A DNA stretch of 64,000 nt from Coraliomargaritaceae bacterium (GCA_965656495.1 CBFHKU010000001.1:114781-178780), one strand, 5' to 3'. Shown: positions 40,288 through 51,886, counted from the first letter of the stretch. Notes: a model not told the origin generated them from the sequence alone. A program made the numbers and translations.

Positions 40288-41136
40288 ATGCCGGAGTTAG
40301 CCGAAGTGGAATTATCGCGCCGCGTTTGGGCGGTGGCGGAAGGGCAGGCCTTGGAAGGTATTACGGGTCATGCCGCGACGCGTATCTATCGCGATTGCAG
40401 CTTGGCGCGTTTAAAACGGGCGTTGAAGGGAGCGGTGTTATTGGGGAGTCGGGCGCATGGAAAGCGGATGTTTTTTAAATTCAGCGCGGGCGGAATCGGC
40501 GGGGCGCGATGGCTGGAATTGCATTTGGGAATGGCGGGACGGCTGGCGCGCAGCGAGCCCGGCGCGGAAGGTCACAAGCACGATCATTTTGTTTTAGTGA
40601 CGCGCGAATGGCAGTTGGCTTTCAACGATTATCGTCAGTTCGGGCGTTTGTTTTTGCATCCGGAGGGCGTGGATCCTTTGGCGGACTTACCGGTCGAGGT
40701 GCTGGCAGCGGAATTTACGTTAGGGTATGTGAAGGCAATACAGCAGCGCCGCGCTCAGCGGGCCCTGAAGGCGGTGCTCCTCGAGCAGGCTTTGTTCCCC
40801 GGGGTGGGTAATTGGATGGCGGATGAGATATGCTGGCGCATGGGGAAGGACCCGGCGGTTCCGCTGGGTCGGGTCGATGCGGCGCAAGTCCGGCGCGTGA
40901 GCCGGATGGTTTGCCGGGGCGCGCTCAGGCACGTGGCGGATGGCAATGCCGGGCAATACGCGACGGATGAGGGCTTTTCTCCGGGGAATTATGTGAAGCG
41001 GACGCCACCGGCGGGTTGGTTGTTTCGTCACCGTTGGAAGGCGGGCGGGCATTGCCCCGGTTGCGGAACGGTTCTGGAGCGCGGGGTGGTGGCTTCGCGA
41101 ACGACCGCCTGGTGTCCGCGCTGTCAAAAGTATTAA
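40288..41136 (+). CDS. mutM: Fpg/Nei-family DNA glycosylase
   Basis: N-terminal PELAEVE, HLGMAG, DYRQFG, H2TH motif GVGNWMADE, zinc finger CPGC..WCPRCQ. Confidence 0.85.
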   Translation: MPELAEVELSRRVWAVAEGQALEGITGHAATRIYRDCSLARLKRALKGAVLLGSRAHGKRMFFKFSAGGIGGARWLELHLGMAGRLARSEPGAEGHKHDHFVLVTREWQLAFNDYRQFGRLFLHPEGVDPLADLPVEVLAAEFTLGYVKAIQQRRAQRALKAVLLEQALFPGVGNWMADEICWRMGKDPAVPLGRVDAAQVRRVSRMVCRGALRHVADGNAGQYATDEGFSPGNYVKRTPPAGWLFRHRWKAGGHCPGCGTVLERGVVASRTTAWCPRCQKY

Positions 41137-41223
41137 CCTAAGTGTATATACGTAAGTAGGTTGTGTGATATTTACATGATAAATAAATTGCCCATTATTG
41201 TTTATGGGTTATACAAATAATTC

Positions 41224-41988
41224 ATGAATAAAAGCGAAAACAAGGAGCTGGTGTGGGATGGGACGATTCGGGTATTTCACTGGCTGTTTGCCTTGTCGGT
41301 AGGTGGTTCGCTGGCGGTGGCCTTTCTGGTGGATCACGACTCGGATTTATTTCGCTACCATATGTTGTTGGGTTTGAGCGCGGGGTTTTTGTTATTGTTG
41401 CGCGTGGTCCTGTTTTTAGTGGGGACCGCACCGATTCGGATAGGCGCGGCCTTGGGTGCTTTGCAGCGCTTGCCTCAATATATTGGAAGTTTATTTTCCC
41501 GTTCGCCCAAACGGAGGGGAGGACACAATCCGTTGGCTTGGCTGGTTTATATTTTGATGTTTGCGGTGGTTTTGGGGCTCGTGCTGACGGGGGTTTTCAT
41601 GGTGAATCACACGATTGAGGAAATACATGAAGTGCTGGGTTGGGTACTCTTGGGATTAGTGGGGGCGCACGTTCTTGGGATGTTGATTCACACCTTGCGC
41701 TTCCGGGAAAATGTTGCGGCTTCAATGATAACGGGTCGCAAGGAGGCACCGGCGGAGGATGCGATAGGCGGCAGTCGACCCGTGTTCGGGGTAGTCGTCC
41801 TTGTTTTAAGTTTAGCGTTTACGATCCAACTCTTCCGGAACTACGAATGCGGCGCGGCAGTGGTGCGATTGCCGTGGGTAGGCATCATCGTGAATTTGGG
41901 TGAAGCGGAGGAGTCCCAGTTTTATGAGCACGATATGGAGCATGAGCACCGCGAGGGTGAGTCTCATGAACATCGTGACTCTGACTGA
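41224..41988 (+). CDS. Cytochrome b (b561/Ni-hydrogenase cyt b-like) membrane protein with His-rich tail
   Basis: VWDGTIRVFHW, YHMLLG, GHNPL, IHE...AHVLG, ENVAASMITG. Confidence 0.85.
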   Translation: MNKSENKELVWDGTIRVFHWLFALSVGGSLAVAFLVDHDSDLFRYHMLLGLSAGFLLLLRVVLFLVGTAPIRIGAALGALQRLPQYIGSLFSRSPKRRGGHNPLAWLVYILMFAVVLGLVLTGVFMVNHTIEEIHEVLGWVLLGLVGAHVLGMLIHTLRFRENVAASMITGRKEAPAEDAIGGSRPVFGVVVLVLSLAFTIQLFRNYECGAAVVRLPWVGIIVNLGEAEESQFYEHDMEHEHREGESHEHRDSD

Positions 41989-42024
41989 GGAGCAGCGGTT
42001 GGATTTATGGTATGAAGCTTGTAA

Positions 42025-42537
42025 TTGGGCGCAATCGGGGCACAGTCTCGCAATGTGTTGGGACGACTTAAAACCACCCTTGGAAAACAACTGACGCAGG
42101 GCTTGAGCGTGTTGGAATGTCAGCGCGCGATCGGAATGGCGCTGACGGTCGGGGTTTTCCCGATTATGGGCTTTGCGACGCCGGTGAATACCCTTGCGGG
42201 CTTGGTTTTCCGGTTGAATCAACCGGTGGTGCAGGCGGCGAATTTTTCGACTGCTCCTTTGAAGCTCGCCCTGATTTATCCGTTTTTGCGTTTGGGGGAA
42301 TGGATCTTTGGGGCGGAACCCTTGAGTCTCAGTTTGATTGAATTAACGGAGCGTTTTGCGGCGGACTGGCTCGGAATGCTACGAGAGTTTGGCTGGTCCT
42401 TTTTGCACGCCACGGTGGGTTGGTTGATCTGCGTGCCGCTCCTTTATTTTTGTTTTTTCTGGCTCTCAAAACCGATCATACTGAGTGCGCAGGCAGCGTA
42501 TGAAGCCGGTATGAAGCGGATCAAGAAGGAAGCTTGA
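42025..42537 (+). CDS. DUF2062-like membrane protein
   Basis: LTQGLS...GVFPIMG...RLNQPVVQAANF..P pattern; start uncertain. Confidence 0.7.
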   Translation: MGAIGAQSRNVLGRLKTTLGKQLTQGLSVLECQRAIGMALTVGVFPIMGFATPVNTLAGLVFRLNQPVVQAANFSTAPLKLALIYPFLRLGEWIFGAEPLSLSLIELTERFAADWLGMLREFGWSFLHATVGWLICVPLLYFCFFWLSKPIILSAQAAYEAGMKRIKKEA

Positions 42538-42538
42538 A

Positions 42539-42763
42539 TCAGGATGAGCGGAGGAGTTGCTCGACGCGATTGAGGAGTTCAAAATGATGCTCCGGGTCGT
42601 GAAAGGAACCGGCGGCATGGGGCGGGCTTTCGCCGGTTTCAAGTTTCGCGCCGGTGTTGAGGGTGCGCCGGCTGTTGCCCCATTCGTAGGTTATTTGATG
42701 GGAGGGCTGCCCGCCGTCGGTTTGGGATGGGTAGGCTTTAATGTGCCGCGCTTGAACTTGCAT
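42539..42763 (-). CDS. Small hypothetical protein
   Basis: 74-aa ATG ORF downstream of galM that fills the gap; no family recognised. Confidence 0.35.
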   Translation of the reverse strand: MQVQARHIKAYPSQTDGGQPSHQITYEWGNSRRTLNTGAKLETGESPPHAAGSFHDPEHHFELLNRVEQLLRSS

Positions 42764-42806
42764 ACTGGGAACGAAGCGAGCTTCGCGCTGAAAGCAAACA
42801 GCGGGA

Positions 42807-43862
42807 TTAAATCGTGCCGAATTTATAGATAGTGGTGGTCTGGTACGCCTTGCCGGGTTCAAGGATTGTGGAAGGGAAATGCGGCTGGTTTGGGGCGTCG
42901 GGGAAGTGTTGGGTTTCGAGGCAAAAACCGTGGCGCGGATGGTAGGGCTTGCCGGATTTTCCGGTGCTGCCATCGAGGAAATTACCGCTGTAGAACTGCA
43001 CGCCGGGGGCATCGGTCAGGACTTCCATGGTGCGCCCGCTCTCCGGTTCTTCGACGCGTGCGATGGGGCTGGGTTTGCCCGCCCCGGTGGGGAGGACGTA
43101 GTTATGGTCGTAACCCCCCGCAAGCTGAAGTTGCTCGTTGGCAGCATCGATGCGCGCCCCGATCGCGTGCGGGGTGTTGAAATCGAAGGGGCTTCCGCTT
43201 ACCTTCGCGAGTTCACCGGTTGGAATCATACCCGGTGTGACGGGGGTGAAGTGGGTCGCCTCTAATTGAAGGCAGTGGTTCAGGATATCGCCGGACCCTT
43301 CACCGCGCAGGTTGAAGTAGGCATGGTTGGTAAGGCTCACGGGGGTCGGTTGATCCGTGCTGGCGTGGTATTCGATGCGCAGGGCGTTGTCGGGGGTGAG
43401 CCAGTAATGCACGGTGACTGATAGGTTGCCGGGGTAACCCGCTTCGCCGTCGGGGCTTTGTAGGCTCAGTTTGAGTCCCTTGTTTGCCTTGTCGCCAACG
43501 GCTTCAACCTGCCACAGTTTTTGGTGAAAACCCTCGGGTCCGCCGTGTAGGTGACAATCGATGCCGTTGGTCTTGCTGTTGAGGGGTAAGGTGTAGTTGT
43601 TTCCTGCGAGCGAGAACTGACCCTGGGCGATGCGGTTCCCGTAACGACCGATGAGGGCGCCGTGAAAGGCGGCGTCGGCTTCATAGGCGGCAAGGTTATC
43701 ATAGCCCAAGACAACATCTGCCAAGGTACCCTTGGAATCCGGCACCAGCAAGCGGGTGATGCGACCGCCATAGCTGCTGATTTCGACCTCCATGCCGGAG
43801 TCATTCGTCAGGATAAAGTTTTCAACCGCTTCACCGAGTTTTGTTTGTCCAAAATTTGGCAT
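42807..43862 (-). CDS. galM: Aldose 1-epimerase (galactose mutarotase)
   Basis: GRYGNRI, LHGG, GYPGNL, LTNHAYFNL, GYDHNY, CLETQHFPD. Confidence 0.95.
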   Translation of the reverse strand: MPNFGQTKLGEAVENFILTNDSGMEVEISSYGGRITRLLVPDSKGTLADVVLGYDNLAAYEADAAFHGALIGRYGNRIAQGQFSLAGNNYTLPLNSKTNGIDCHLHGGPEGFHQKLWQVEAVGDKANKGLKLSLQSPDGEAGYPGNLSVTVHYWLTPDNALRIEYHASTDQPTPVSLTNHAYFNLRGEGSGDILNHCLQLEATHFTPVTPGMIPTGELAKVSGSPFDFNTPHAIGARIDAANEQLQLAGGYDHNYVLPTGAGKPSPIARVEEPESGRTMEVLTDAPGVQFYSGNFLDGSTGKSGKPYHPRHGFCLETQHFPDAPNQPHFPSTILEPGKAYQTTTIYKFGTI

Positions 43863-43979
43863 CCTCAAGGTCTAGGCGTTAACCGGATAGATACAACACT
43901 AAGGAGTGAGTCGAGGTAAAAATTGAACAAATGAAATATTTACCTTACTATTATATAAATAAAAAAGTTATAAATTATT

Positions 43980-44411
43980 ATGAAAACAAAAACAATTACC
44001 TCCCTTCTGGTTCTGATAATCGCGAGTAGCGCGCTCGCTCAATTCATTGGCCCTTCCTCGCAATTGCCGGTTTCCACCGTATCGCAGGTATTGAAAGATG
44101 CCGGTTCGCTGGATCGCCGTGACGTTCAGGTTGCCTTGCGTGGGCACATCATTTCCTATCTTCATGGCGATTACTATTATTTTAAGGACAACACCGGAAC
44201 CATTTTGATTGAATTGGAACCGGAGGAGATGCCCCGTCAGCCATTTGACGACAAGACGCCCCTCATGATTTACGGGGAGGTCGATGCGGAATGGTTTGAG
44301 AAGACCAAGTTGGAAGTATCCAGGGTGGTTATTCTTGGCGGTACTGGCGGCGGACCGATGGTACCGCCCATTCCCAATGTCCCGCGTGCAACACCCGCGC
44401 CGCATCAATAA
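43980..44411 (+). CDS. YgiW/YdeI (BOF) OB-fold periplasmic protein
   Basis: Signal peptide, AQFIGP, VALRGHI, YYFKDNTGTILIEL, IYGEVD. Confidence 0.85.
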   Translation: MKTKTITSLLVLIIASSALAQFIGPSSQLPVSTVSQVLKDAGSLDRRDVQVALRGHIISYLHGDYYYFKDNTGTILIELEPEEMPRQPFDDKTPLMIYGEVDAEWFEKTKLEVSRVVILGGTGGGPMVPPIPNVPRATPAPHQ

Positions 44412-44436
44412 AACATCCACCTTTTAAATGAGAAAA

Positions 44437-44465
44437 TCCCCATGCCTCGGCGTGGGGACTTTTTT
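44437..44465 (+). terminator. Rho-independent terminator, possibly bidirectional
   Basis: TCCCCATGCC-TC-GGCGTGGGGA followed by CTTTTTT, between the BOF gene and tRNA-Thr. Confidence 0.75.
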
Positions 44466-44475
44466 ATTCAGTAAC

Positions 44476-44551
44476 TGGAGCCGAAAATCGGATTCGAACC
44501 GACGACCTACTCATTACGAATGAGTTGCTCTACCAACTGAGCTATTTCGGC
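44476..44551 (-). tRNA. tRNA-Thr(CGT)
   Basis: GCCGAAA/TTTCGGC acceptor stem, ACTCA-TTCGTAA-TGAGT anticodon arm, CCA end. Confidence 0.96.
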
Positions 44552-44689
44552 ATATTCCAGTGCTTTTATATTTTTGAAATCGATGACCTTTGGCAAGCGA
44601 ACAATCGGTAGGCCTCAACCGAGATTATTTCACGGCATGGCCTTTGAATTTTCTTTAAAATTTTAAATCAATATCTATATTTAGATAGC

Positions 44690-45295
44690 GTGAAGTATTT
44701 ATTGATTTCTTTATGTTTTTTCGGCTTAGCGGGTTATCTTGCCGCGATTCTGTTTGGAAAGATCGGGGACATTGGGATTAAGGATTACATCCAGCAATGG
44801 ATCCAACCGGCAGAGGAGCGATATGAGGGGTTCTCAATGTCACCCTCGCCGGAAGAGGGGGTGGATGAGGAGCTCGAGTTGTTGCGCAAAGAGAATCCCT
44901 ATCCGGTGAAACTACGGATCAAGAATATGGATGGGCAGACGCTAGACATCCGTCTTACGGGGCGGAGTGAGAGCAATATATCCTTCACGCGGGAAGGGGA
45001 TGGACGTCGTTTTGTTTACTCGATCAATGAACTCGACAGCGCATCGCGCAAAAAGGTGCGCAGTTACCCGGCGCTGGGAATCGCAGGGGCGTCTGATTTT
45101 CTCAACAAGGGCCTGAGCCTGGACGAGGTACACGCTGAGCAACTGCGTTTGCGGGCGGAGCGGCTTTCTGAATTGATGCGTGAAGCGCAGGCCGATGCGT
45201 CTGTTTCGAGTAGCGAGGTGGAGCGGCGCAGCCTGCGGCGAAAATATGAGAAATACCGCGCCGAACGGCTGGAGATCCTTAAGGATTTGAACTAG
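44690..45295 (+). CDS. Hypothetical membrane-anchored protein with SHD1-like domain
   Basis: N-terminal TM; '[13 protein letters not shown]...[17 protein letters not shown]'; coiled-coil end. Confidence 0.6.
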   Translation: MKYLLISLCFFGLAGYLAAILFGKIGDIGIKDYIQQWIQPAEERYEGFSMSPSPEEGVDEELELLRKENPYPVKLRIKNMDGQTLDIRLTGRSESNISFTREGDGRRFVYSINELDSASRKKVRSYPALGIAGASDFLNKGLSLDEVHAEQLRLRAERLSELMREAQADASVSSSEVERRSLRRKYEKYRAERLEILKDLN

Positions 45296-47459
45296 GGGAT
45301 GGGGGACGGCTCAGGGGTTTGAGCTTTTTTTCGTCCTTCTCCGCTTCCAGTCGTTTCTGATCTTCGATCCGTTTTTTTCTGAGCTTTTGTTGGCGTAGTT
45401 CGGACTCCTTGGCAAAGGTGGACTGTGCACAAAGAAGGTTTTTCCCCTTGCGGCGGGGTTTGTGGAGGTATTTCCCGTCCGCGCTAAGACGGCGGGAATT
45501 TTTGGTGTCGCTCAAGTACGTGTCGATGATGCCGATAATGCGACCCCGGATTTCGGGATCCTGAATGGGAAAGACGCACTCAATGCGTCGGAAGAAGTTG
45601 CGGGGCATCCAGTCGGCGCTGCCGGCGAGGATATGCGGTGCTTGTCCATGATGGTTTTGAAAGTAGAAGATGCGGCTGTGCTCCAGATAGCGTCCGAGGA
45701 TACTGTGTACGCGAATGTTTTCACTGAGGCCTTTTACGTTGGGGACAAGGTTGCAGATGCCGCGGATGATAAGGTCGATTTTAACTCCGGCAGTGGCGGC
45801 GCGATAAAGATTATCGATGGTTTTTTGATCTACGAGGCTATTGACTTGTATAATGATGCGGGCGGGTTTTCCGGCGCGGGCGTTGCGTGCCTCGGCGTTG
45901 ATGTATCGCTGGATGGAGTTGTGGAGATTAAAGGGGGCAACCAGGAGTTTTTTAAAGTTGGGTTTGATGGAGAATCCGGTGAGGGAATTGAAGAGATTGG
46001 CGACCTCGTTGGTGATTTCACGGCGTGCGGTAAAGAGGCTGAGGTCGGTGTAAAGGCGGGCGGTTTTGGGATTGTAGTTTCCGGTGCCGAGGTGGGCGTA
46101 GCGTCGCAGGTAGCGGCCCTCGCGGCGGACCACCATACAGGTTTTGCAATGGGTCTTGAGTCCAACGATGCCATACACGACATGGACGCCCTCGTCTTCA
46201 AGTTGGCGTGCCCATTTGATGTTGTTGGCTTCATCAAAGCGGGCTTTGAGTTCAACGAGGACGGTGACCTGTTTGCCATTGCGGGAGGCTTCGATGAGGG
46301 CTTGCACGATGGGCGAATCGCCGGAGGTGCGGTAAAGGGTTTGCTTGATGGCAAAGACGGCGGGATCGTGGGCCGCCTGACTGATGAAATCGATGAACGG
46401 CTGAAAGCTGTCGTAGGGTTGATGCAGGAGGTAGTCGCGCTGGGCGATCTTCTCGAAGAGGGGCTGGTGGCTTTCGAGGTCGGGGTGGATGTAGGGGGTA
46501 AAGGGTTTGAATTTCAGGTCGGGCCGGTCGATGAGGTCGTAGGCACTCATGAGGCGCGCCATGTTGAGCGGACCATTGATGGTGTAAACATTGACGGGGT
46601 CGAGTTCGAGGGCTTTGAGCAGTTGTTCGAGGAGAACGGGGTCTGCGCCCTCCGCGATTTCGAGGCGAACCGCGGCGCCTTTCTCGCGGTTGAGGAGTTC
46701 TTCTTCAATTTTACTGAGGAGATTCTCGACTTCTTCTTCATCAAAGTAGAGGTCGCTGTTGCGGGTGATGCGGAAGGGGACCGCGGAGCGAACGCGGTAA
46801 CCGGGGAAGAGATCACCCATGTGTTGTTGAATGATATCGCTGAGGGAAATGTAGACTTCGGGGTTCCCACGGCGGGGGGTGTCGATGCGGACGACGCGCG
46901 GAAGGATTCGGGGGACGGGAATGATCGCCATGAGGCGTTCAATGGCACGGGTTTGGGGATCATCAATGGAGGCGAGGATGTAGAGGGCCTTGTTGATGAG
47001 TTGTGGGAAGGGGTGGGCGGGGTCAATTGCGAGGGGGGTGAGGACCGGGAAGATTTGCTTGGCGAAGTATTCGGAGGCCCATTGCTTCTCGTTGCGGGTG
47101 AGTTGATTGTAGGCGCAGAATTTAACACCGGCCTTGTCGAGGCCGGGTACAATTTTACGATCCCAGCAGGCGCTTTGATCGGCGACCAGACGGCGGGCGC
47201 CGGATTGGATGCGCCGGAGTTGTTCCTTGGGGCTGAGTCCGTCGGGGCCACATTCATGGCTACCGGATTTGATTTGTTGCATGATGCCCGCCACGCGGAT
47301 TTCAAAAAATTCGTCGAGGTTGGAACTGACGAATGCCAGAAACTTCATGCGTTCAAGTAGCGGATAATCCGGTGATTCCGCTTGCTCCAGAACGCGCCGG
47401 TTGAAGGCGAGCCAGGAGAGTTCGCGGTTAAAGTATCGGTATGAGGCGGATGTTGGCAT
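45279..47459 (-). CDS. ppk1: Polyphosphate kinase 1
   Basis: [57 protein letters not shown]. Confidence 0.98.
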   Translation of the reverse strand: MPTSASYRYFNRELSWLAFNRRVLEQAESPDYPLLERMKFLAFVSSNLDEFFEIRVAGIMQQIKSGSHECGPDGLSPKEQLRRIQSGARRLVADQSACWDRKIVPGLDKAGVKFCAYNQLTRNEKQWASEYFAKQIFPVLTPLAIDPAHPFPQLINKALYILASIDDPQTRAIERLMAIIPVPRILPRVVRIDTPRRGNPEVYISLSDIIQQHMGDLFPGYRVRSAVPFRITRNSDLYFDEEEVENLLSKIEEELLNREKGAAVRLEIAEGADPVLLEQLLKALELDPVNVYTINGPLNMARLMSAYDLIDRPDLKFKPFTPYIHPDLESHQPLFEKIAQRDYLLHQPYDSFQPFIDFISQAAHDPAVFAIKQTLYRTSGDSPIVQALIEASRNGKQVTVLVELKARFDEANNIKWARQLEDEGVHVVYGIVGLKTHCKTCMVVRREGRYLRRYAHLGTGNYNPKTARLYTDLSLFTARREITNEVANLFNSLTGFSIKPNFKKLLVAPFNLHNSIQRYINAEARNARAGKPARIIIQVNSLVDQKTIDNLYRAATAGVKIDLIIRGICNLVPNVKGLSENIRVHSILGRYLEHSRIFYFQNHHGQAPHILAGSADWMPRNFFRRIECVFPIQDPEIRGRIIGIIDTYLSDTKNSRRLSADGKYLHKPRRKGKNLLCAQSTFAKESELRQQKLRKKRIEDQKRLEAEKDEKKLKPLSRPPSPSSNP

Positions 47460-47592
47460 ACGAAAAAATTTAAGTGCTGCTGATGATTGTTAGCGTTTCA
47501 CACTAGTGTGAACCACTTCTTTCTTAAAGCGAATAACTCTTTGCGAGACGTTTTATATCTTACCAGGGGGACGGTTTTGCTCGCTTGGAACT

Positions 47593-48852
47593 TTAAAAAA
47601 GGATGCGAAGACTGGTGCCGAGGGTCCAGCCTTTGTAAAGGGTTTCGTTTTGCGAAGCGAGGGATTCCCACTCGATACCGGAGACGAGCTTGAGGCGGTC
47701 GCCGTTAAAGTAGTAATTGTAACCGAGGTAAAAACTGTGATGGGAGTCGCCGCGACCGGAATTCAGGTCGAGGGTATCGGATTTAGCCTCGGCGAGACGG
47801 GCGTAGCGGCTGTTGAGGCGGATGCCTTCCGGTTGATCGGAGTTTTGATACTGGTAACGGAAGACAAGTTTTTGTTGTGCCTCGACGAGGGTGTACATTG
47901 GCATGAGCACCAGTCCCCAGAAACGGCCTGCGCGCGCGGAGTTGGATTGCGCCCCGTTGTCACCGAAACCGAGGGTGGTGTGCATCGCCCAGCGGCCTTC
48001 CTCCCAGCGAGTCACAAAAGCGCTGGCCCATTCGTTACCGTTGGCGAGGCGGTCTTCTCCGAGGGATCCGTCCTGATAATAAAAAGAGAGCCAGAGGTCA
48101 GAGCGGTCCAGTCCGGTTCGGTTGCTGAGATCGCGCTCGTATGAAAGGTAGTAGGTGAGGCTGTCTTCCCATCCGCCGATCCAGTCATGATAGGTGCCGG
48201 AAAATAAGGCGAGGTCGAGGGTTTGGTTGTCGCGGGTGCCCTTGATCCAGACTGCGAGGGGGTTGCCTTTTTCGCGGTCAGAGAGCCAGAGTTTGTTGGA
48301 AAAAGGGGAGCGTTCGAGGGTGTTGATGTGGGTGGCGGAACGCTGCCATTCGTCCGCCATGCGTCCCGAGCGGCGACCGTATCCAAGGCTGAGGCGATCC
48401 CAGTGCTTTAATCCGAGTGCTTCCTCGGCATGGTAGGTGATGTTGGCGCTGCGAAAGGTTTCATGGCCGAATTGCCGATCCCCGCCGGGGTAGTTGTGCC
48501 GGTCGTTGGAAATTTGGCTGACCGCTTTGAAACTGAAATGGTTGAGGAAATCGCCCTGCGCGCCGACCCAGAAACGGCGAATTTCCTCGGTTTGGGTGCT
48601 GAAGTCTTGGTCGTGGCGGTCTTTCCCTTGGATCGAGGCGAATTGGTGCATGTAAGCGAGGTAGAGCTTCAGTTTTTGCAGGGGCCGGGCAAGGGGGTCA
48701 TCGTGGAGGGTGCCTAGCATGCGCATCTGCTCGCGCCAATCGGCAGTCGGGCTGCTTGAGTTGGGTGCGGCAGCCAAGCCGGGGAGATTTAGCATAAGAC
48801 CGGCACAGAGAACGAGAATCAGTCTTAAAGAAGAGTTGTGGGTGAGCTTCAT
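47593..48852 (-). CDS. Outer-membrane porin, OprO/OprP-like
   Basis: Signal peptide, 'EIRRFWVG', TLERS, amphipathic beta strands, terminal Phe; lies upstream of ppk1. Confidence 0.65.
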   Translation of the reverse strand: MKLTHNSSLRLILVLCAGLMLNLPGLAAAPNSSSPTADWREQMRMLGTLHDDPLARPLQKLKLYLAYMHQFASIQGKDRHDQDFSTQTEEIRRFWVGAQGDFLNHFSFKAVSQISNDRHNYPGGDRQFGHETFRSANITYHAEEALGLKHWDRLSLGYGRRSGRMADEWQRSATHINTLERSPFSNKLWLSDREKGNPLAVWIKGTRDNQTLDLALFSGTYHDWIGGWEDSLTYYLSYERDLSNRTGLDRSDLWLSFYYQDGSLGEDRLANGNEWASAFVTRWEEGRWAMHTTLGFGDNGAQSNSARAGRFWGLVLMPMYTLVEAQQKLVFRYQYQNSDQPEGIRLNSRYARLAEAKSDTLDLNSGRGDSHHSFYLGYNYYFNGDRLKLVSGIEWESLASQNETLYKGWTLGTSLRILF

Positions 48853-48930
48853 GCGGGCTGCTTTGTATTTTGTTTTACAATATAACAATAAGTAACGTAT
48901 AAACGGAGTATCTACTTTTATTAAACTGCT

Positions 48931-49878
48931 ATGACAAGAAAAGACTATTTCCTGACCGGGCTCTTTCAGCCGCACAGTGGCGAAATTGATACGCTGCAAA
49001 AGCAATTGCATTGGACCCTGCGAATTACGGTTGCCCTATGTTTTATTGGGCATGGTGCCTGGGGCTTGATTACGAAGGCCGGCTGGTTGCCTTTTTTCGC
49101 ATCGCAGGGCATTGAGCCGGCGATCGCGTGGAAGTTGCAGCCTTTGATCGGTGCCTTTGACATCCTGATGGCGGTGTTGTTGTTGGTGCAACCGCGACGG
49201 ATCATTCTGGTTTGGATGTTTTTATGGGCTTTGTGGACCGCGGCGCTGCGACCGCTGGCGGGCAATCTTGAAAAGGTGCAGGTAAACGGCGAATGGTTGG
49301 TACAACTGGCGACGGATTCGATGCGGGTGCCGAAGATGCAGACCTGGGAATTCTGGGAACGGGCCGGGAATTGGGGGCCTCCGTTTATGCTGCTGGTGAT
49401 GGGGGGTGTTTTTGTGGCGCGCTACAAGGATTTGTTGGGGGCCTATGTCGAGCCGCGCCTAAAGGAGAGCACCGTGGACACATTGTTTTTTCTGCTACGC
49501 ACGACTCTCGCGCTGCTTTTGATCGGGCACGCGGGATTTGGTTTCGCGGTAGAGAAGGGCATGCTGATCGATCATTGGCAATCGATTGGGGTCAATGCGG
49601 ATGTAGGATTCATTCGAACCGTGGGTTGGGCTGAACTGGCGCTCGGTTTGACGGTGTTCTTTTTCCCGATTCGCTCCATCGTTTGGGTATGTTTGGTTTG
49701 GAAACTCTTTACCGAATTCCTGTATGTGCCCGCCGATACTGCAAGCGGCATGGGCATCGTGAACATCCTGGAATGGATCGAACGCTGGGGCGACTACGGA
49801 GTGCCGCTCGCAATGCTCTACATCTTATCTTACCGCAAGGCGGCGGGTGGTACGGAGGAGGAGATCAGCGCGCGCTGA
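48931..49878 (+). CDS. Polytopic membrane protein with internal duplication (DoxX-like)
   Basis: Two repeats: [16 protein letters not shown]...[12 protein letters not shown] and [16 protein letters not shown]...[12 protein letters not shown]. Confidence 0.7.
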   Translation: MTRKDYFLTGLFQPHSGEIDTLQKQLHWTLRITVALCFIGHGAWGLITKAGWLPFFASQGIEPAIAWKLQPLIGAFDILMAVLLLVQPRRIILVWMFLWALWTAALRPLAGNLEKVQVNGEWLVQLATDSMRVPKMQTWEFWERAGNWGPPFMLLVMGGVFVARYKDLLGAYVEPRLKESTVDTLFFLLRTTLALLLIGHAGFGFAVEKGMLIDHWQSIGVNADVGFIRTVGWAELALGLTVFFFPIRSIVWVCLVWKLFTEFLYVPADTASGMGIVNILEWIERWGDYGVPLAMLYILSYRKAAGGTEEEISAR

Positions 49879-51736
49879 GTTTTTCCATAAGTTCGTAGTT
49901 GCGCTGAAGCATGGTGGCGGGGTCTTCAATGAGACCGGCGGCCATGCGGGCGTTGTCGTAGATTTGATGGCTGATGAGCTTGGCGAGATCGGCGTCATTT
50001 TCGCGCAGGGCGGCGAGGTTTTTGACGAGCGGGTGTCGGGGGTTGACCTGAAGCTTGGAGGGGGGTTCCGCGCCCATCATGCCGCCATCCTGTTGCATCG
50101 CCTTCATCATCTTCCGCATTTGGGCGGTCATCATTTTGTCGCTGTTGACAATCATGGCAGGGCTGCCGACGAGGCGGTCGCTGGCCTTGACCTCGCTCAC
50201 CGCTTCACCGAGTGATTCCTTGATGAATTGACAGAGGGTGTCGCTGTCTTGGCTGGCAAGGGCCTCGGCTTTGTCGGTTTCGGTTTCGGGTGCGATGGCA
50301 TCGAGGTCGATTTCGTCGCTGTCTGCGGAAACAAAGTTTTTGTCTTCAAAGCTGCGGGCGTGGTTGGTGACAAATTCATCGACCGGCTCGAGCATGTAGA
50401 GGACTTCAATATTACGGGCCTTGAAGGCTTCCAGGTAGGGGCCGTTTTCGATGCTCTCGCGGGTGGGGCCGGAGAGGAAGAAAATTTCCTTTTGGTTCTC
50501 GGGGGCGCGACTGAGGTAGTCGGCGAGGCTGGTGGTTTGGCCGGCTTCGGTGTAGGAGGATTCGTAGCGGAGGAGCTTGAGGAGTTGGTCGCGGTGGGTG
50601 AAGTCGGTGGTAACGCCTTCCTTGAGGAAGAGTCCGAACTTGTTCCAGAAGTCATTGTAGGTATCGGGCTCTTTGGCGGCCTTGTCCTCGAGGAGTTTGA
50701 GGAAACGTTTGGTGATGACCTTGTTGAGTTTCTGGATAAGGGAAGAATCCTGCATGGATTCGCGCGAAATATTGAGGGGGAGATCGGCGCTGTCGACAAC
50801 CCCTCGGAGGAAGCGGAGCCAATCGGGGAGGAGATTTTTTGGCTCGCTGTCGATGAGGACCTTGCGGCAGTAGAGCGCAACGCCGGGATCCATGCGGCCA
50901 AAGCCGAAGCCTTCCATGTTTTCGGTGGGCGCAAAGAGGAGGGTATTGATTTCGAGGGGCGCGTCGGCAGAGAAATGAAGCCAGAAGCGGGGCTCGTCGA
51001 AGGCCTTGGCCTGGAATTTATAGAACTCTTTGTATTCCTCTTCGGTGATATCGTTTTTGTTTTTGAGCCAGAGGGCTTGAACGGTCTTGAGCGCTTCGCC
51101 CGCGACTTTGATCGGAAATTGCACGAAGGCGGAGTAATTATTGATGATGCCCTCAAGGCGGTCTTTTTTGGCGAACTCTTTGAATTCGTCCTTGAGGTGA
51201 AGCACGATGCGGGTGCCACGGCGCTCGCCCTCTGCGGCTTGAATCTCGTAGGCTCCGGATCCATCGCTCGACCAGCAGAGGCATTCGCCTTCGGCGCGCC
51301 AGGTGCGGGTGTACACCTCGACTTTTTCGGCGACCATGAAGGCGGAGTAAAACCCGACGCCGAATTGACCGATGAGGTTTTCATTGCGCTCGCCGCTTTC
51401 CTTCAGGGCATTGAGAAAGGCTTTTGAGCCGGAGTGCGCGATGGTGCCGAGGTTTTCAATCAATTCCTCGCGGGTCATCCCGATGCCAAAATCCTGGATG
51501 GTAATTTGTCCCGCTTCCTCGTCGCTGCTAACCTGAATCTCGAGTTCGAGATCGGCATCGAAGATATCTTTTTCGGTGATCTGGGTATGGCGCAGTTTTT
51601 CGCTGGCGTCCGAGGCGTTGGAGATCAATTCACGGACGAAGATCTCTTTGTCGGTGTAGAGGGAGTGAACAACAATATCGAGGACTTGTTTGACCTCGGC
51701 TTGGAATTCATGGCGTTCAGGATTGCTGGTTTTCAT
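49865..51736 (-). CDS. htpG: Chaperone HtpG (Hsp90)
   Basis: [52 protein letters not shown]. Confidence 0.98.
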   Translation of the reverse strand: MKTSNPERHEFQAEVKQVLDIVVHSLYTDKEIFVRELISNASDASEKLRHTQITEKDIFDADLELEIQVSSDEEAGQITIQDFGIGMTREELIENLGTIAHSGSKAFLNALKESGERNENLIGQFGVGFYSAFMVAEKVEVYTRTWRAEGECLCWSSDGSGAYEIQAAEGERRGTRIVLHLKDEFKEFAKKDRLEGIINNYSAFVQFPIKVAGEALKTVQALWLKNKNDITEEEYKEFYKFQAKAFDEPRFWLHFSADAPLEINTLLFAPTENMEGFGFGRMDPGVALYCRKVLIDSEPKNLLPDWLRFLRGVVDSADLPLNISRESMQDSSLIQKLNKVITKRFLKLLEDKAAKEPDTYNDFWNKFGLFLKEGVTTDFTHRDQLLKLLRYESSYTEAGQTTSLADYLSRAPENQKEIFFLSGPTRESIENGPYLEAFKARNIEVLYMLEPVDEFVTNHARSFEDKNFVSADSDEIDLDAIAPETETDKAEALASQDSDTLCQFIKESLGEAVSEVKASDRLVGSPAMIVNSDKMMTAQMRKMMKAMQQDGGMMGAEPPSKLQVNPRHPLVKNLAALRENDADLAKLISHQIYDNARMAAGLIEDPATMLQRNYELMEKLSAR

Positions 51737-51886
51737 GGCTTTGTGGTGGCGTGAAAAATTTAAAGCCGTGGACGATAGAGGAGTCTTGCTGAAAAATCAA
51801 GGGCGCGTCCGGGTAAATATGTGACATAATAATCCGCATTAAAAATATCCTTGCCCTCTTTAAAAACTGTGCCTTTATGTCTCTGT

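Noticed and set aside
41170..41200. Fur-like box upstream of the cytochrome b gene
   Set aside because: Weak match in an AT-rich spacer, not distinguishable from background.
48860..48900. Pho box upstream of the porin and ppk1
   Set aside because: The GTTAC/GTTAT repeats have 10- and 8-bp spacing rather than 11, and are plausible by chance in AT-rich DNA.
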